From NCBI GenBank assembly GCA_009782215.1, contig WRKO01000002.1, positions 111,850 through 175,849 on the forward strand: 64,000 nucleotides of DNA, in the 5' to 3' direction. Each line of letters opens with the position of its first letter. Position 1 is the first letter of the stretch. Positions 1 to 11,123 of the stretch are shown here, one piece after another. The notes beneath the pieces were generated by a model. The model saw only the letters and a list, made by a program, of their open reading frames with translations. It made no database searches and had not been told where the DNA came from. Position numbers and translations under genes: made by a program. Source of the stretch: Oscillospiraceae bacterium. GTDB taxonomy: Bacteria; Bacillota; Clostridia; Oscillospirales; UBA929.

Positions 1-10
1 CGCTTTATGT

Positions 11-2044
11 TCACAGCGACACCATCCCATCTGCTTGAATATCAATGTTTTGCAGCAATTCGTTGTAGGACAGCACGGAGAGGTCGGGCGCCAACCCTTC
101 CACCATCCGCTTGAAATGGAACCGGACTACGGGCGAACAGAGAACCACCGGCGCGATTCCAAGTCCCTGCACCCGCTCCACCGCGGCGCGCACCGACCCG
201 AAGACCGATTGGATTTCGTCGGCGTCCAGCGCGACGTAGGAGCCATGCTCGGTCTGCCGGATGCTCTCTAAAATCTTGTTTTCCAGTTCCGGGGCGAGAG
301 TGATGACATGAATCTTGCCTTCCGGCGCGTACTTCGCCGTGACGGTGCGCTTGAGCGCCTGCCGTACATACTCGGTCAGCATATCGGAATCCCGCGTCAC
401 GCCGCCGTAGTCGCCCATTGTTTCGATGATCGTACCCATATCGCGGATGGAGACGCCTTCGCGCAGCAGATTGGCCAAAACCTTCTGCACCTCCCCTAAG
501 GTGAACATTTTGGGAATGACGTCCTCCACCAGCGATGCTTGCGATTGCTTGAGGTTGTCTATCAGAGCCTGCACCTGCTGGCGTCCGAGCAGCTCGTGGG
601 CATGGGCGCGCACGACCTCGGTGAGGTGGGTGGCGATGACGCTGGGCGGGTCTACGATGGTGTAGCCGTAAAGCTCCGCCTTTTCGCGCTCTTTGGCGGT
701 AATCCACTTGGCGGGCAGGCCGAACGCCGGCTCAACGGTGTCGATGCCGATGATTTCCTCTTCGGCGGTGCCCGGATTCATGGCGAGGTAATGGTCTAGG
801 ACAATCTCCCCGTGCGCCACTTCGTTGCCTTTGATTTTGATGGAGTATTCGTTGTTGGCGAAGCGGATGTCGTCGCGCATACGGATGACGGGGACAATCA
901 GGCCCATTTCGGTGGCGCACTGGCGGCGAATCATCACCACGCGATCCAGCAGGTCGCCGCCTTGGCTTGGTTCGGCCAGCGGGATGATGCCGTAGCCGAA
1001 GAGCAGCTCGATGGGGTCTACTTGGAGCAGGGAGACCACATTTTCCATCTTGCGTGTTTCCTGCGCCTCCTCCTCGGCCGTTTCGACCGGCGGGGCCGTC
1101 TCCTCTCGCCTTTGTGCGCGGATAAGCATGACGCCCATTGTAATCAGCGAGCCGCCGATCAGCCACATGGTAAACGTCGGCATGTTGGGGATGAAGGACA
1201 GAAGAAGGACGACAAAGCCGCTCACCATTGGGATATAGGCTTCTCTGGTAAACTGCTTGGCGATGTCGAGGCCGAGGGTGTCGTCGGTGGCGGCCTTTGT
1301 CACGATGATGCCGGTCGCCGTGGATATTAGCAGCGCCGGTATCTGGGAGGCCAGCCCGTCGCCGATAGACGCGATGATATACGTCTCATAGCTTGCCCCG
1401 CCGCGCGTCGCGCTGATGATCAGTCCGCCGATGATGTTGATGGCGGTGGTGAGGATGCCTAGGATGTTGTCGCCCTTGACAAACTTGGAGGCACCGTCCA
1501 TGCTGCCGTAGAAGTCGGCTTCGCGGGCGACGTCCCGGCGGCGCTTCCGCGCCTCGGTTTCGTCGATGACGCCGCTGTTGAGGTCGGCGTCGATGGCCAT
1601 TTGCTTTCCGGGCATGGCGTCGAGGGTGAAGCGGGCCGCCACTTCGCTGACGCGCTCGGCGCCGCGTGTGACGACGAGGAGCTGCACGAGAATCAGGAGC
1701 AGAAAGATGATGGAGCCGATAACAACGTCGCCTCGCCCCACAAATTGGCCGAAGGTGAGAATCAAGTCCCCGGCGTACCCGTTGTTGCCCAAAATCTGGC
1801 GGGTGGTGGAGATGTTGATGGCGGTGCGGAAAACGGTGAGTATCAGCAAAACGGTGGGGAAGGTGGAGAAGCCCAGCGCGTCTTTGGCGCTGATGGACAC
1901 CAGAATGACGGTGATGGCGGCGGCAATGTTGACGGTTATCAGGATGTCAATCAGGGTCGTGTCGAGGGGGATTATCAGCAGCAGCACGGCCAAAACCACG
2001 ATGACCGAAAGGACCAGATTGCCCGATATGCGCTTGAGGTCCAT
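11..2044 (-). CDS. flhA: flagellar type III export apparatus protein FlhA
   Basis: 677-aa ORF with an N-terminal polytopic membrane domain, an FHIPEP-like core (GASKFVKGD, IGGLIIS) and a large cytoplasmic C-domain. It follows flhB as in fla/che operons. Confidence 0.95.
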   Translation of the reverse strand: MDLKRISGNLVLSVIVVLAVLLLIIPLDTTLIDILITVNIAAAITVILVSISAKDALGFSTFPTVLLILTVFRTAINISTTRQILGNNGYAGDLILTFGQFVGRGDVVIGSIIFLLLILVQLLVVTRGAERVSEVAARFTLDAMPGKQMAIDADLNSGVIDETEARKRRRDVAREADFYGSMDGASKFVKGDNILGILTTAINIIGGLIISATRGGASYETYIIASIGDGLASQIPALLISTATGIIVTKAATDDTLGLDIAKQFTREAYIPMVSGFVVLLLSFIPNMPTFTMWLIGGSLITMGVMLIRAQRREETAPPVETAEEEAQETRKMENVVSLLQVDPIELLFGYGIIPLAEPSQGGDLLDRVVMIRRQCATEMGLIVPVIRMRDDIRFANNEYSIKIKGNEVAHGEIVLDHYLAMNPGTAEEEIIGIDTVEPAFGLPAKWITAKEREKAELYGYTIVDPPSVIATHLTEVVRAHAHELLGRQQVQALIDNLKQSQASLVEDVIPKMFTLGEVQKVLANLLREGVSIRDMGTIIETMGDYGGVTRDSDMLTEYVRQALKRTVTAKYAPEGKIHVITLAPELENKILESIRQTEHGSYVALDADEIQSVFGSVRAAVERVQGLGIAPVVLCSPVVRFHFKRMVEGLAPDLSVLSYNELLQNIDIQADGMVSL

Positions 2045-2079
2045 ATCTGTCTCCCCTCCCTTTGGTTACGTGTTTTTTC

Positions 2080-3204
2080 TCACGCCCTCCTGACCGGGCG
2101 GGGTCTTGTCACGGGGCGGCGCGGGCTGCTCGGATGCCGCTTTTTATACACATAGGCGAAGATTTCCGCCACGGCGGCGAACATATCGTAGGGGACGCGC
2201 TGGTTGACCTCGCAGGACATATAGAGGGCCTGCGCCACCGGCTTGTTTTCCACGATTTCCACCCGATGCTCCTCGGCAATCTGGCGGATTCTCAGCGCGA
2301 CCAAGTCTTTTCCCTTCGCCAGCACCACCGGCGCGTCGTCTTCCTTTTCGTCGTAGCGGACGGCGACGGCGTAATGGGTGGGGTTGGTGATGACCACGTC
2401 GGCCTGCGGGACGGCGCGCATCATGCGCATCATGCTCATTTGGCGCTGCTTTTCCTTCCGCTTGGAGCGGATGAGCGGGTCGCCTTCCATCTGCTTGACT
2501 TCCTGCTTGATTTCCTCTTTGCTCATCTTGAGGTTTCGCTCATATTCCCACCACTGGTAGAGGTAGTCGGCAAGGCCGATGCCCATCAGCACGACGGCGG
2601 CTTTGACGGCAATGGCGACCGACATATCGACGATGACGCCCGCCGCGCGGCCCAGCTCCAGCTCCAGCAGGCCCGGAAACACGCCGAAGTTTTTCATATA
2701 CTCCTGATAGACAATCAGGGTCATCAGCCCGATTTTGAGGATGGATTTCAGCATCTCCACCACGCTGCGCATGGAGAAAATACGCTTGAAGCCTTGGAGG
2801 GGGTTTATCTTGGAGAGTTTTGGCTTCACCGTCTCGCCGGTGATTAAAAACCCGACCTGCGCCACATTGACCAGAATGCCGACAACCAGAGCCACGGCCA
2901 TTACGGGAAAGAGAATCCACAAGAATTCATAAATCGCCTTGAAAAGGCTGGCCGCGATATCCGCTTGCTCCGGCAGCGTCTGCGTCGCGCTGATACTGCC
3001 TATGAAATACTGCATCAGCGCAATCATGCCGTTGACCATATGCCCGCCGGCGGCAAAGAGGACGATGAACATACAGGTGGTCAGCGCGGCGGTATTGACT
3101 TCGGCGCTTTTGAGAACCTGCCCTTTTTTGCGCGCGTCCCTGCGCTTCTTAGGCGTAGCTTTTTCGGTCTTTTCGCCTCCGCCTGCCCCTTGCTCCGGCG
3201 TCAT
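2080..3204 (-). CDS. flhB: flagellar export protein FlhB
   Basis: 374 aa. N-terminus EKTEKATPKKRRDARKKGQV and the NPTH autocleavage motif (VVITNPTHYAVAV) are typical of FlhB. ATGA overlap with fliR. Confidence 0.93.
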   Translation of the reverse strand: MTPEQGAGGGEKTEKATPKKRRDARKKGQVLKSAEVNTAALTTCMFIVLFAAGGHMVNGMIALMQYFIGSISATQTLPEQADIAASLFKAIYEFLWILFPVMAVALVVGILVNVAQVGFLITGETVKPKLSKINPLQGFKRIFSMRSVVEMLKSILKIGLMTLIVYQEYMKNFGVFPGLLELELGRAAGVIVDMSVAIAVKAAVVLMGIGLADYLYQWWEYERNLKMSKEEIKQEVKQMEGDPLIRSKRKEKQRQMSMMRMMRAVPQADVVITNPTHYAVAVRYDEKEDDAPVVLAKGKDLVALRIRQIAEEHRVEIVENKPVAQALYMSCEVNQRVPYDMFAAVAEIFAYVYKKRHPSSPRRPVTRPRPVRRA

Positions 3205-3986
3205 GGTATCATCCCCCCCGTCATCCTGTCGATATAGTCAAACATCACGCCGAAAATTGAGCGGGTGAACGTGGTGAATATCGGCAGCATCAGAGCCAGA
3301 ACGATTAGGCCCAGAAAGACCTTGAGCGGGATGCCCACCACAAAAACATTCATTTGCGGCGCCGTGCGTACGATGACGCCCAAGGCCACTTCCAGCAGCA
3401 GCGCCGACGCCAGCAGCGGCATCGCCGCCTGAATGGCCATTGCGAAGGTGCGGACAAAGACGTCTGTAATCAGGCCGACCGCTTCGGGGCGCAAGACGCC
3501 CATGCCGACGGGGATGAACTGAAAGGTTCGCGTCATGGTGGCGATAAGGGTGGTGAACGCGCCCGACGTGACGAAGCTGACAATGAGGATGAAGTTGAGG
3601 AACCCGCTGGTGACCGCCACCTGTCCGCCGACTGAGACGTCGTACATCTGCGCCATAGAGAACCCAATCTGCAGGTCGATGATATGCCCGGCGGTATAAA
3701 TCAGGTTGAAGAACAGGGAGGTGATAAAGCCGATGACCAGCCCGACCGAGAGTTCGGCGATGACGGCAAACGCCAGCGCGTAGAGGTTGTTGTAGGGATA
3801 GTCCTGCGGCGGCGGGGCGAAGTTGACGACGATGGCCGCCAAGAGGAGGGACAGGCCGATTTTGACGAGGCCGGGAATGTCTCTCCGCGCAAGCAGGGGG
3901 GAGAATACAAAGAGAACGCTCAGGCGCGTCACGATGAGCAGATAATGGACCACCCAAGTGAGAAAATAATCGGCGTTTGAAATCAT
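3201..3986 (-). CDS. fliR: flagellar export protein FliR
   Basis: 261-aa polytopic membrane protein placed between fliQ and flhB. Confidence 0.9.
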   Translation of the reverse strand: MISNADYFLTWVVHYLLIVTRLSVLFVFSPLLARRDIPGLVKIGLSLLLAAIVVNFAPPPQDYPYNNLYALAFAVIAELSVGLVIGFITSLFFNLIYTAGHIIDLQIGFSMAQMYDVSVGGQVAVTSGFLNFILIVSFVTSGAFTTLIATMTRTFQFIPVGMGVLRPEAVGLITDVFVRTFAMAIQAAMPLLASALLLEVALGVIVRTAPQMNVFVVGIPLKVFLGLIVLALMLPIFTTFTRSIFGVMFDYIDRMTGGMIP

Positions 3987-3990
3987 ACGT

Positions 3991-4260
3991 CTATCCCGGG
4001 ATGCCGGAGAGCCGCGACAGAATCCCCGACGTAAACTCGCTGAGCCGCGTCAGCATCCAGTTGCCGAAGATAATCAGGGTGAGGAAGACCGAGAGTATCT
4101 TGGTGACGAACACAATGGTCTGCTCGTTGATTTGCGTGGTCGCCTGAAGGATGGAGACAATCAGGCCCGCGGCCAAGCCAATCAGCAGCATCGGCGCCGC
4201 CACGGTGAGGATGGTCATCACCGCCTCGCTGACAATGGTGGAAATCTCTCCCGCCGTCAC
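3991..4260 (-). CDS. fliQ: flagellar export protein FliQ
   Basis: 89-aa two-TM protein in the fliP-fliQ-fliR order. Confidence 0.9.
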   Translation of the reverse strand: MTAGEISTIVSEAVMTILTVAAPMLLIGLAAGLIVSILQATTQINEQTIVFVTKILSVFLTLIIFGNWMLTRLSEFTSGILSRLSGIPG

Positions 4261-4340
4261 GGCCTAACCCCTCCTCTCTTATACGAAGAGCGCAGCGAGA
4301 CGCAATCCGTTTGCGGCCCGCGCGCTTGACGCGACGGACT

Positions 4341-5087
4341 TTATCCTGTCACCGAACGCACGATCTCATGTATCACCAAGTTCCAGCCGTTGACCAAAAC
4401 AAACAGCATCAGCTTAAACGGCAGGGATATCATGGCCGGGGGAAGCATCATCATACCCATTGACATCAGCGCCGACGCGACGACCATGTCTATGACGATG
4501 AAGGGGATGAATATCAGGAAGCCCATGCGCATCGCCGTTTTGATTTCACTGGTGACAAAGGCGGGAATCAGGACATAGGTGGGGATATCGTCCAGCGAGG
4601 CCGGGCGCGGAAGCCTTGCGAGGTTCATAAAGGTGATGACGTCCTCGTCGTTGTCTTGTCTTCGCACCTGTCCTATCATAAACTCCCGGAGCCTGTCGGT
4701 GGCAATGCCGTACGCTTCGTCCAGCTCTATGGTTTCCTCCTGATACGGAACCCACGCATCGTCATAGATGCTGCTGAGCGTGCCGTGCATGACAAAGTAG
4801 GTGAGGAAGAGCGCCAGTCCGATGATGACCTGATTGGGCGGCATTTGCTGGGTTCCCATAGCGTTGCGGGTGAAGGAGAGGACGATGACGATGCGGGTGA
4901 AGGAGGTCATCAGAATCAGGATGGACGGAACCAAGGTGAGGACGGTGAGGAGGAGGAGGATTTCGATGGTCGCCGTCGCGCCCTCCACGCCTTCGCCGAA
5001 AAGCGACTCCAACATGTTCAGCGGGAATGTCGCCGCATCGGTTCCTATCTCCGGCGTTATGCCGGCCGCCCATACCCAAAGGCTCAT
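4341..5087 (-). CDS. fliP: flagellar export protein FliP
   Basis: 248 aa with conserved FliP blocks ([33 protein letters not shown]). Confidence 0.93.
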   Translation of the reverse strand: MSLWVWAAGITPEIGTDAATFPLNMLESLFGEGVEGATATIEILLLLTVLTLVPSILILMTSFTRIVIVLSFTRNAMGTQQMPPNQVIIGLALFLTYFVMHGTLSSIYDDAWVPYQEETIELDEAYGIATDRLREFMIGQVRRQDNDEDVITFMNLARLPRPASLDDIPTYVLIPAFVTSEIKTAMRMGFLIFIPFIVIDMVVASALMSMGMMMLPPAMISLPFKLMLFVLVNGWNLVIHEIVRSVTG

Positions 5088-5842
5088 TCTAACTCTCCCG
5101 TATCATTTTTGTCGCCCATTCTTGATTGCCGCTGCGAGATTAAGTCCAGCACCCTGTCAATCCGCTCCGTTCGCTCCTCCTCGCTCACCGCCGGTTTGGC
5201 GGGCGGCGGGGTGGGGCGGGCATGTTCCTCCGCGCCGCCGTAGAGGCGGGAACGGCGGTCAAGCCTGTCCGGCTCGCTGAGACGGGTCATGTTTTCGATG
5301 CTGTTTTGGTAGGAGCGTTTGAAGCGGTTTGTCTGCGGGCGGCGGTCTTCCTCCCTGATAACAGGGGAACCCGTATCCCCGGCGCTTTGCCCGCCGGGAA
5401 CCGGGTCTTTCTCCGCGATTTGCCGCAACACTTCCGCAAAGGAAGCGTCTTCATCCGCTTGGCCGGGGTGTCCCCCGGCGACGCCGCTTTTCATGTGTTT
5501 GAAAAAGCGGCCCCAAAAACCCGGGGGTTCTTTTCCCGCCGCGTTTTTTGCCGCAAACTCGGGAAAGTCTGACGGAGAAAATTCGCAGATAAACGAGGGT
5601 GCGCCCTTGCCCGTGCCGATTGCCATTAAGCGGGCTCCCACTTGAACCAGCAGAACGGCGGAATCCCTTGTGAGCATCATCCGGTCAAGCACCTTGATGC
5701 GCCTGCCGGAAAACGCCGCGCCCTTTTGGATTCTTTTTGACAGGTATACAAACCCGCCGAGTACCGCGATGAAAACCAGAACGCCTAAGATAAGCCCCAC
5801 TGTTTCCGGGAGCCCGATGGTCAAGTAGGCGTTATTCGGCAC
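5084..5842 (-). CDS. fliO: FliO/FliZ-family flagellar biosynthesis protein with a long hydrophilic C-terminal extension
   Basis: GTG start. Single N-terminal TM helix followed by an [22 protein letters not shown]... FliO-like core. Position between cheY and fliP matches B. subtilis fliZ. Confidence 0.6.
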   Translation of the reverse strand: MPNNAYLTIGLPETVGLILGVLVFIAVLGGFVYLSKRIQKGAAFSGRRIKVLDRMMLTRDSAVLLVQVGARLMAIGTGKGAPSFICEFSPSDFPEFAAKNAAGKEPPGFWGRFFKHMKSGVAGGHPGQADEDASFAEVLRQIAEKDPVPGGQSAGDTGSPVIREEDRRPQTNRFKRSYQNSIENMTRLSEPDRLDRRSRLYGGAEEHARPTPPPAKPAVSEEERTERIDRVLDLISQRQSRMGDKNDTGELE

Positions 5843-6220
5843 TCACCCCAGCACCTTTCGCACGGCTTCGCAGACGCGGTCGGCCTGAAAGGGCTTTACG
5901 ATAAAGTCCTTCGCGCCCGACTGTATGGCCTCAATGACCATCGCCTGCTGTCCCATCGCGGAACACATCACGACCTTGGCCGCGCTGTTGGCCGCTTTGA
6001 TTCCCTTGAGGGCGTCGATGCCGTTCATCTCGGGCATGGTGATGTCCATAATGACCAGATCAGGGTTGAGTTCTTTGTAGCGTTCGATGGCAATCTTGCC
6101 GTTCTCCGCCTCGCCGATGACTTCAAACCCGTTTTTGGTCAATACATCCTTAATCATCATGCGCATAAAGGCCGCGTCGTCAACTATGAGTATTTTGCCT
6201 GCCAAATCGGTCACCTCCAC
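5843..6220 (-). CDS. cheY: chemotaxis response regulator CheY
   Basis: 125-aa single receiver domain (ILIVDDAAFMR, DLVIMDITMPEMNG, KDFIVKPF) located between fliY and fliO. Confidence 0.9.
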   Translation of the reverse strand: MEVTDLAGKILIVDDAAFMRMMIKDVLTKNGFEVIGEAENGKIAIERYKELNPDLVIMDITMPEMNGIDALKGIKAANSAAKVVMCSAMGQQAMVIEAIQSGAKDFIVKPFQADRVCEAVRKVLG

Positions 6221-6244
6221 GGTTATTCGGTTACGCTTCGCTGT

Positions 6245-7723
6245 TTATTTAGAGGGATTGATACGCTGAGACGGGTTTATGATGTCTGTGATGCGGCATC
6301 CGTAGTTGTCGTCGATGATGACGACCTCGCCCTTCGCGATGAGTTTTCCGTTGACGACCACATCCACCAGTTCCCCGGCCATTTTGTCCAGAACGACGAT
6401 TGTTCCGGTGTTGAAGTCTAGGATGTCTTTGATATATTTTTTGCTCTTGCCGATCTCCACCGAAACGGACAGAGGCACGTCGAGCAGGAGATCCATGTTT
6501 TCTCCCAGTCCCGGGATGACGCCGGGTTCGCCGAAGGAGACGAAACTGGCGGGGCGCACGTCAACCGGCGCGTGGGACGGGGGCGGCGCGTACTGCGGGG
6601 GCGGATAGCCGGGAGTGGGATAGCCGTAGCCCGGCGGGGGCGCGTACTGCGGAGGCGGGGCTTGCGGCGGAGGATAGCCTCCGTACGGGTCTTGCGGGGG
6701 CGGATAGCCGTAGCCCGGCGGGGGCACCGCCTGCGGTTCCGGCGGAGGGGGCGGGAAGGGGGATGTATAGTCCGCCGGGGGCGCGAAGTGCTCCAGCGGC
6801 GGAGGGGATGCGGGAGGCGGGGGGGCCGGGGCCGGGGGCGGAGGCTCGGGCGTGTGCGCGGGAGCGGGGGCCGGCGCCGGGGCGGAGTCGTCGCCCATGC
6901 CCATCATCTTGGCGACGATGCTTTTGGCGAAGTCAATGGGCATGACCTGCATAATCTCGGAATCTATCAGCCCTTCCACCACCATCTTGAACCCGATCCG
7001 AACCACCGGCTTGTCGGATTCGTTGAAGGGGTACACCAAGCCGTCGGTCAGCAGCACGCGGTTGGCGTTGGGCGGGGAAATGTCGATGGGGATGGAAAAC
7101 ATCTGCGACAGGGAGGTGCTGGACGAGCCCACCATTTGGTTCATGCACTCGCTGATGCAGGAGAGGTGCATTTCGGTAAACTCGCCTTCGGTGTTGGAGC
7201 CGTCGCCGCCCATCATCAGGTCGGTGATAATCATCACGTCTTCTTCGCGCAAAAAGAGGCAGTTTATTCCTTCAAGCCCCACGGTATACCGCACTTCGAC
7301 CGATATGAAGGGCATCGGGTACTGGCGCGCCATCTCTCCGAGGGTGGTGATGCTGACGCGGGGCGTTGTGATTTCCACCTTGCGGTTGAGCAGGGAAAAG
7401 AGGGCGGTGGCGGCGGTTCCCATGCTGATGTTGCCAACCTCACCTAATGCGTCGGACTCGATATCGCTCAGCATACCGGAGTAATCAGCCGGTTCCGGCG
7501 GCGGCGCGGTTTCGGGTTCGGATTCGGGTTCGGCGGCGCCCACGGACGCGAACAGCGCGGCGATGTCGTCGTCACTCATTTTATCGGACGATGCTTCGGG
7601 CGGGGCTTCCGCCGCGCCGCCGTCATCGCCGGGCAGGGACGCTTCTTCAGTGTCGTCGCCGTCGGAGCCAAGCGAACCCGCAAGCAGGGCGTTGATTTCT
7701 TCCTGTGTAAGCCCGTTACTCAT
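6245..7723 (-). CDS. fliY: flagellar motor switch protein FliY (CheC-like domain plus FliN/SpoA domain) with an internal proline-rich insert
   Basis: Start trimmed to the ATG at 7723 (GGAGGA upstream; overlaps the fliM stop in ATGAGTAA). N-terminal [10 protein letters not shown], a CheC-like region, and a C-terminal FliN domain ([14 protein letters not shown]...[13 protein letters not shown]). Confidence 0.85.
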   Translation of the reverse strand: MSNGLTQEEINALLAGSLGSDGDDTEEASLPGDDGGAAEAPPEASSDKMSDDDIAALFASVGAAEPESEPETAPPPEPADYSGMLSDIESDALGEVGNISMGTAATALFSLLNRKVEITTPRVSITTLGEMARQYPMPFISVEVRYTVGLEGINCLFLREEDVMIITDLMMGGDGSNTEGEFTEMHLSCISECMNQMVGSSSTSLSQMFSIPIDISPPNANRVLLTDGLVYPFNESDKPVVRIGFKMVVEGLIDSEIMQVMPIDFAKSIVAKMMGMGDDSAPAPAPAPAHTPEPPPPAPAPPPPASPPPLEHFAPPADYTSPFPPPPPEPQAVPPPGYGYPPPQDPYGGYPPPQAPPPQYAPPPGYGYPTPGYPPPQYAPPPSHAPVDVRPASFVSFGEPGVIPGLGENMDLLLDVPLSVSVEIGKSKKYIKDILDFNTGTIVVLDKMAGELVDVVVNGKLIAKGEVVIIDDNYGCRITDIINPSQRINPSK

Positions 7724-8711
7724 CACTGACGTCCTCCTTTTGAATGATTTCGACGATTTTCGCGGCATAACGGCCGTCTTTGACGCCTATGTCGGCCTTG
7801 AATTTAGGCAGATGCCCCACGCGCAGCGTGACCGGCTGTGAGACATGATGATCCATTCTGATGACGTCTCCCACTTGGAGGTTGAGGATATCCCTGACCG
7901 GCGCGAGCGTCTCGATGAAAGAAGCCGAAACGTCAAGCGGCGTCACTTGGATGCGTTTTTGGATATCTTCGTGGGCCGAGGCAAGCTCCCGGTGGACGTC
8001 GGTCTGGTAGAGGAACTTGGTGGAAAGCTGCTGGTTGAGCGGCTCAAGCGCCAAATGGGGGAGACAGATATTGAAGGAGCCTTCGGCGTCGTCCAGCTTC
8101 ACGCTCAGGGTGATGATGGCCACCGTCTCGTTCATCGCCACAATCTGGGCGAACTGGGGACTGGTTTCAATCCGGTCGAGGGTGGTGGTGATGGCCACGA
8201 CCTTTTCCCAAGACTCTCCGAACAGCGGCAGGAATTGGCGCATGATTCGTTCCAGCAGGACAAGCTCGATTTCGGTAAACCCGCGTGATACGCTTTCTTT
8301 GTCGGGCTTTCCGCCCAGCAGGCGGGAGATGATGGCATAGGAAAGGTCGGGCGAGATTTCGAGGAGGATGGAGCCGACCATCGGGGGCATACGAACCACG
8401 GCCAGAATCAAAGGGTTGGGGAGGGCGTTGACAAACTCCGCGTATTTGGTTTCCTCAACCGAGATGACCTCGGCGGAACACATGGCGCGCAGGGTTCCCG
8501 AAAGATAGGAGGAAAACAGGCGGGCAAAGGTGTCGTAGATGACCTTTAGGGTGCGGATGTGTTCTTTGTTGAAGCGGTTGGCCGTTCGGAAGTCATAGTT
8601 CCGTACTTGGTTTGAGCCCATTTCCTCCAAGGGCGCCGCCGCTTCTATGCCGTCGGACTCTATGGCGTTTAACAGGGCGTCTATTTCCTCCTGTGACAAA
8701 ACACCGGCCAA
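7716..8711 (-). CDS. fliM: flagellar motor switch protein FliM
   Basis: 331 aa. N-terminal [10 protein letters not shown] CheY-P binding motif, FliM middle domain, C-terminal SpoA-like domain. Confidence 0.92.
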   Translation of the reverse strand: MAGVLSQEEIDALLNAIESDGIEAAAPLEEMGSNQVRNYDFRTANRFNKEHIRTLKVIYDTFARLFSSYLSGTLRAMCSAEVISVEETKYAEFVNALPNPLILAVVRMPPMVGSILLEISPDLSYAIISRLLGGKPDKESVSRGFTEIELVLLERIMRQFLPLFGESWEKVVAITTTLDRIETSPQFAQIVAMNETVAIITLSVKLDDAEGSFNICLPHLALEPLNQQLSTKFLYQTDVHRELASAHEDIQKRIQVTPLDVSASFIETLAPVRDILNLQVGDVIRMDHHVSQPVTLRVGHLPKFKADIGVKDGRYAAKIVEIIQKEDVSDE

Positions 8712-8755
8712 GCTATCTCACTCCCTTAAAACCGACTGTCGAGACCAAAAGCGCG

Positions 8756-9169
8756 CTAGTGGAAAAAGAAGTCGAAGGTCACCCGCCGGACGGCGTCGGT
8801 ATTAAACTCCGAGTTGATTCGCTCCGCCATTTGATGCCGGAGCGTTTCCCTTTCTCCGCTGTTGTTGAGCTGGTCAATGGTTCTGGCGGTGACGGATTCG
8901 ACCACAATCTCCCTGATGCGGTGAAGCCGCTCGTCAAACACCTTGATGATGCTCTCGTCGCTGACTTCAAGCGTTACGTCGCAGACGACGTATTTGAACC
9001 GTTTGAACTCCTCGGCAACGCCGAGGACGTTGATGGTAAATCGGTCGCCAAGCGGGTAGGGGATGTCAAATTCCCCGGGGAAAGAGGGTTCCGGCGGGTC
9101 GCCGCACCCGGAGAGCAATGCCAGCAGAAGGGCTGCGGCCGCGGTCAGCATGATTCGTTTTTTCATCAT
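8756..9169 (-). CDS. fliL: FliL-like flagellar basal-body-associated protein (lipobox LLSGC)
   Basis: 137 aa with signal/lipobox. Lies between motB and fliM as fliL does in related operons. Sequence similarity is only weakly recognisable by eye. Confidence 0.7.
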   Translation of the reverse strand: MMKKRIMLTAAAALLLALLSGCGDPPEPSFPGEFDIPYPLGDRFTINVLGVAEEFKRFKYVVCDVTLEVSDESIIKVFDERLHRIREIVVESVTARTIDQLNNSGERETLRHQMAERINSEFNTDAVRRVTFDFFFH

Positions 9170-9190
9170 AACGACTATTCCTTTCGGGGG

Positions 9191-10006
9191 CTACAGATCC
9201 TCTCCGTAACCCGCGCCGGTCTGCTCGTCTAGGAAGAAGTTGCGGTGCAGAACGAACTCCACTCTGCGGTTGACCGACCATTGCGTCTCGTCTGTGCCGG
9301 GATTTCCGTCAACGGGGCGGGTATCCCCCCAGCTTGTCATGCCGATTTTGTTTTCGGGGATGCTGTAGTTGTCAACGATAAACCGGCGGGCGGCGCGCGC
9401 CCGGTACGCGGCAAGGATGTCGTTGTCTGCGAAGCGGTTGTTCGGGGGTATCGGACGGATATCCGCGTGGCCTTCGACAAAAACCTCGCTGATAATTCCG
9501 GTTTCCCAGTCCGGCAGAATCAAGTCCTCCACGATAAACGCAAGCGCTTCTATGCCGCGCGGCAGAAGGACGTCGCTTAGCGTGTCAAACAGAACTGAGC
9601 TTTTGCAGCGGATGACGATTTGCGCTTCGGTGACATGGATGGTCACCTCAAGGTCGGCCGTGCCGCCTTCTCCCTCACTCGAGCTTATCCAGTCTTCAAT
9701 GTCGCCCCGCATTCGCTCGGCGGCAATCAGCCACGCGTCGGTCGGGTCTGAAAAATCCCCTTCGGGAATCTCGGGCGCCTGCTCCAGCCCGGTCTGGCCG
9801 ATGTTGGCGGCGTTGTTGATGACCTCAAAGATATAGGGGTTGCCCTGAAGGTTTGCGACCATTGCCATAAACTTGGCGGCATCCAGCGAACTCATTGAGA
9901 AAAGCAGGACAAAGAATGTGAGCACCAGCGTAATCATGTCGCCGTATGTCGCCATCCAAGCCGGAGCGCCGGGCGGCGGAGCTTCTTCATTTTTCTTCTT
10001 AGCCAC
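9191..10006 (-). CDS. motB: flagellar stator protein MotB (OmpA-like C-domain)
   Basis: 271 aa. N-terminal WMATYGDMITLVLTFFVLLF plug/TM with the conserved Asp, and an OmpA-like peptidoglycan-binding C-terminus (NRRVEFV). Confidence 0.88.
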   Translation of the reverse strand: MAKKKNEEAPPPGAPAWMATYGDMITLVLTFFVLLFSMSSLDAAKFMAMVANLQGNPYIFEVINNAANIGQTGLEQAPEIPEGDFSDPTDAWLIAAERMRGDIEDWISSSEGEGGTADLEVTIHVTEAQIVIRCKSSVLFDTLSDVLLPRGIEALAFIVEDLILPDWETGIISEVFVEGHADIRPIPPNNRFADNDILAAYRARAARRFIVDNYSIPENKIGMTSWGDTRPVDGNPGTDETQWSVNRRVEFVLHRNFFLDEQTGAGYGEDL

Positions 10007-10067
10007 CGCTTATCGCCCACTCTCTATGAACATACATTATACCTCTTTTCCCGGGGAAACGCAACCA

Positions 10068-10856
10068 TTATTCTTCCAAGGCGCCTTCTTCTGGTTTCGG
10101 CGCCTCCTTTGCGGAGCGCGGCAGGAAGGAATACAGCTTTTCTTCGATAATCCGCGGGTTTTCGCCCGCCTGTATGGAGAGAAGTCCTTCGAGCAGGATT
10201 TCCTTGTACATAATCTCGTTTTTTGAGGAGGTCTTGAGCTTGGTGGCGATTGGGATGGCGATGGCGTTGGCGAGGAGGGAGCCGTAGAAGGTGGTGATAA
10301 GGGCGGCGGACATGCCGGAGCCGAGCGATTCCGGGTCTTCCATGTTGTCAAGCATGATAATCAGGCCGATTAGCGTTCCCAGCATACCGAACGCCGGGCC
10401 CAGCGACCCGATTTGCTCGACCATGCCGATGCCTTTTGTGTGGCGGCCTTCCACCGAACCCAGCTCCGCCTCCATGATGTTCTTGACCAGCTCCGGGTCG
10501 GTGCCGTCAACGACCAGCATGATGCCTTTTTTGAGGAATTCGTCGTCTAGGTCGTTGACCCGTTCCTCCAGCGCCAGCATCCCCTCCTTACGGGCGATGT
10601 TGGCCAGAGACACGATGGTGTTGATGCCGCCGACGGGGTCGAACGCGATCCTCTTGAACGACATGCCTATGACCTTGGGCAGAGATAAAAAGTCCCCGAT
10701 TGAGTAGGAGGTAAACACACTGGCCAGCGTTCCGCCGATGACAATCATAATCGACGCCGGGTCGATGTACATGTCGATTACGCCGCCGCCCCAGTATATG
10801 CCTATGACTAGGAACATAATCGCGAGGACAATGCCAATCAGGGTTGATATTTCCAT
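10068..10856 (-). CDS. motA: flagellar stator protein MotA
   Basis: 262-aa four-TM MotA/TolQ/ExbB-type protein immediately upstream of motB. Confidence 0.9.
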   Translation of the reverse strand: MEISTLIGIVLAIMFLVIGIYWGGGVIDMYIDPASIMIVIGGTLASVFTSYSIGDFLSLPKVIGMSFKRIAFDPVGGINTIVSLANIARKEGMLALEERVNDLDDEFLKKGIMLVVDGTDPELVKNIMEAELGSVEGRHTKGIGMVEQIGSLGPAFGMLGTLIGLIIMLDNMEDPESLGSGMSAALITTFYGSLLANAIAIPIATKLKTSSKNEIMYKEILLEGLLSIQAGENPRIIEEKLYSFLPRSAKEAPKPEEGALEE

Positions 10857-10862
10857 AAACGC

Positions 10863-11081
10863 TTACACCTCTTGAGCGTCTTTTATCAGGGAGGGCAGCT
10901 TGGTGAAGATATTCGTGCGGTATTCGACGATACGCTCAATGACAAGGCGGGCGTTCTCGCTGACGACCAGCTTTCGTCCGTCGGTGAGCGTGATGACCGT
11001 ATCCGGCGTTTCCTCAATGAAGATAATCAGGTCGGGGTTTACATAGAAATCCTTACCGTTAAGCCTTGTTACCGATATCAT
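10863..11081 (-). CDS. flbD: flagellar protein FlbD
   Basis: Start trimmed to M30 of the track ORF (MISVTRLNGKDFYVNPDLIIFIEETPDTVITL...). GGAGAGG RBS upstream. Typical FlbD sequence and position upstream of motA. Confidence 0.8.
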   Translation of the reverse strand: MISVTRLNGKDFYVNPDLIIFIEETPDTVITLTDGRKLVVSENARLVIERIVEYRTNIFTKLPSLIKDAQEV

Positions 11082-11123
11082 AGCGCCTCTCCTTATGTCA
11101 GCGTACAAATCCCCACGTTCTAT

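Noticed and set aside
5084-5842. The FliO C-terminal extension (about 130 hydrophilic residues) as an unusual fusion.
   Set aside because: B. subtilis FliZ/FliO-family proteins are of comparable overall length and are poorly conserved, so this is insufficient evidence for anything special.
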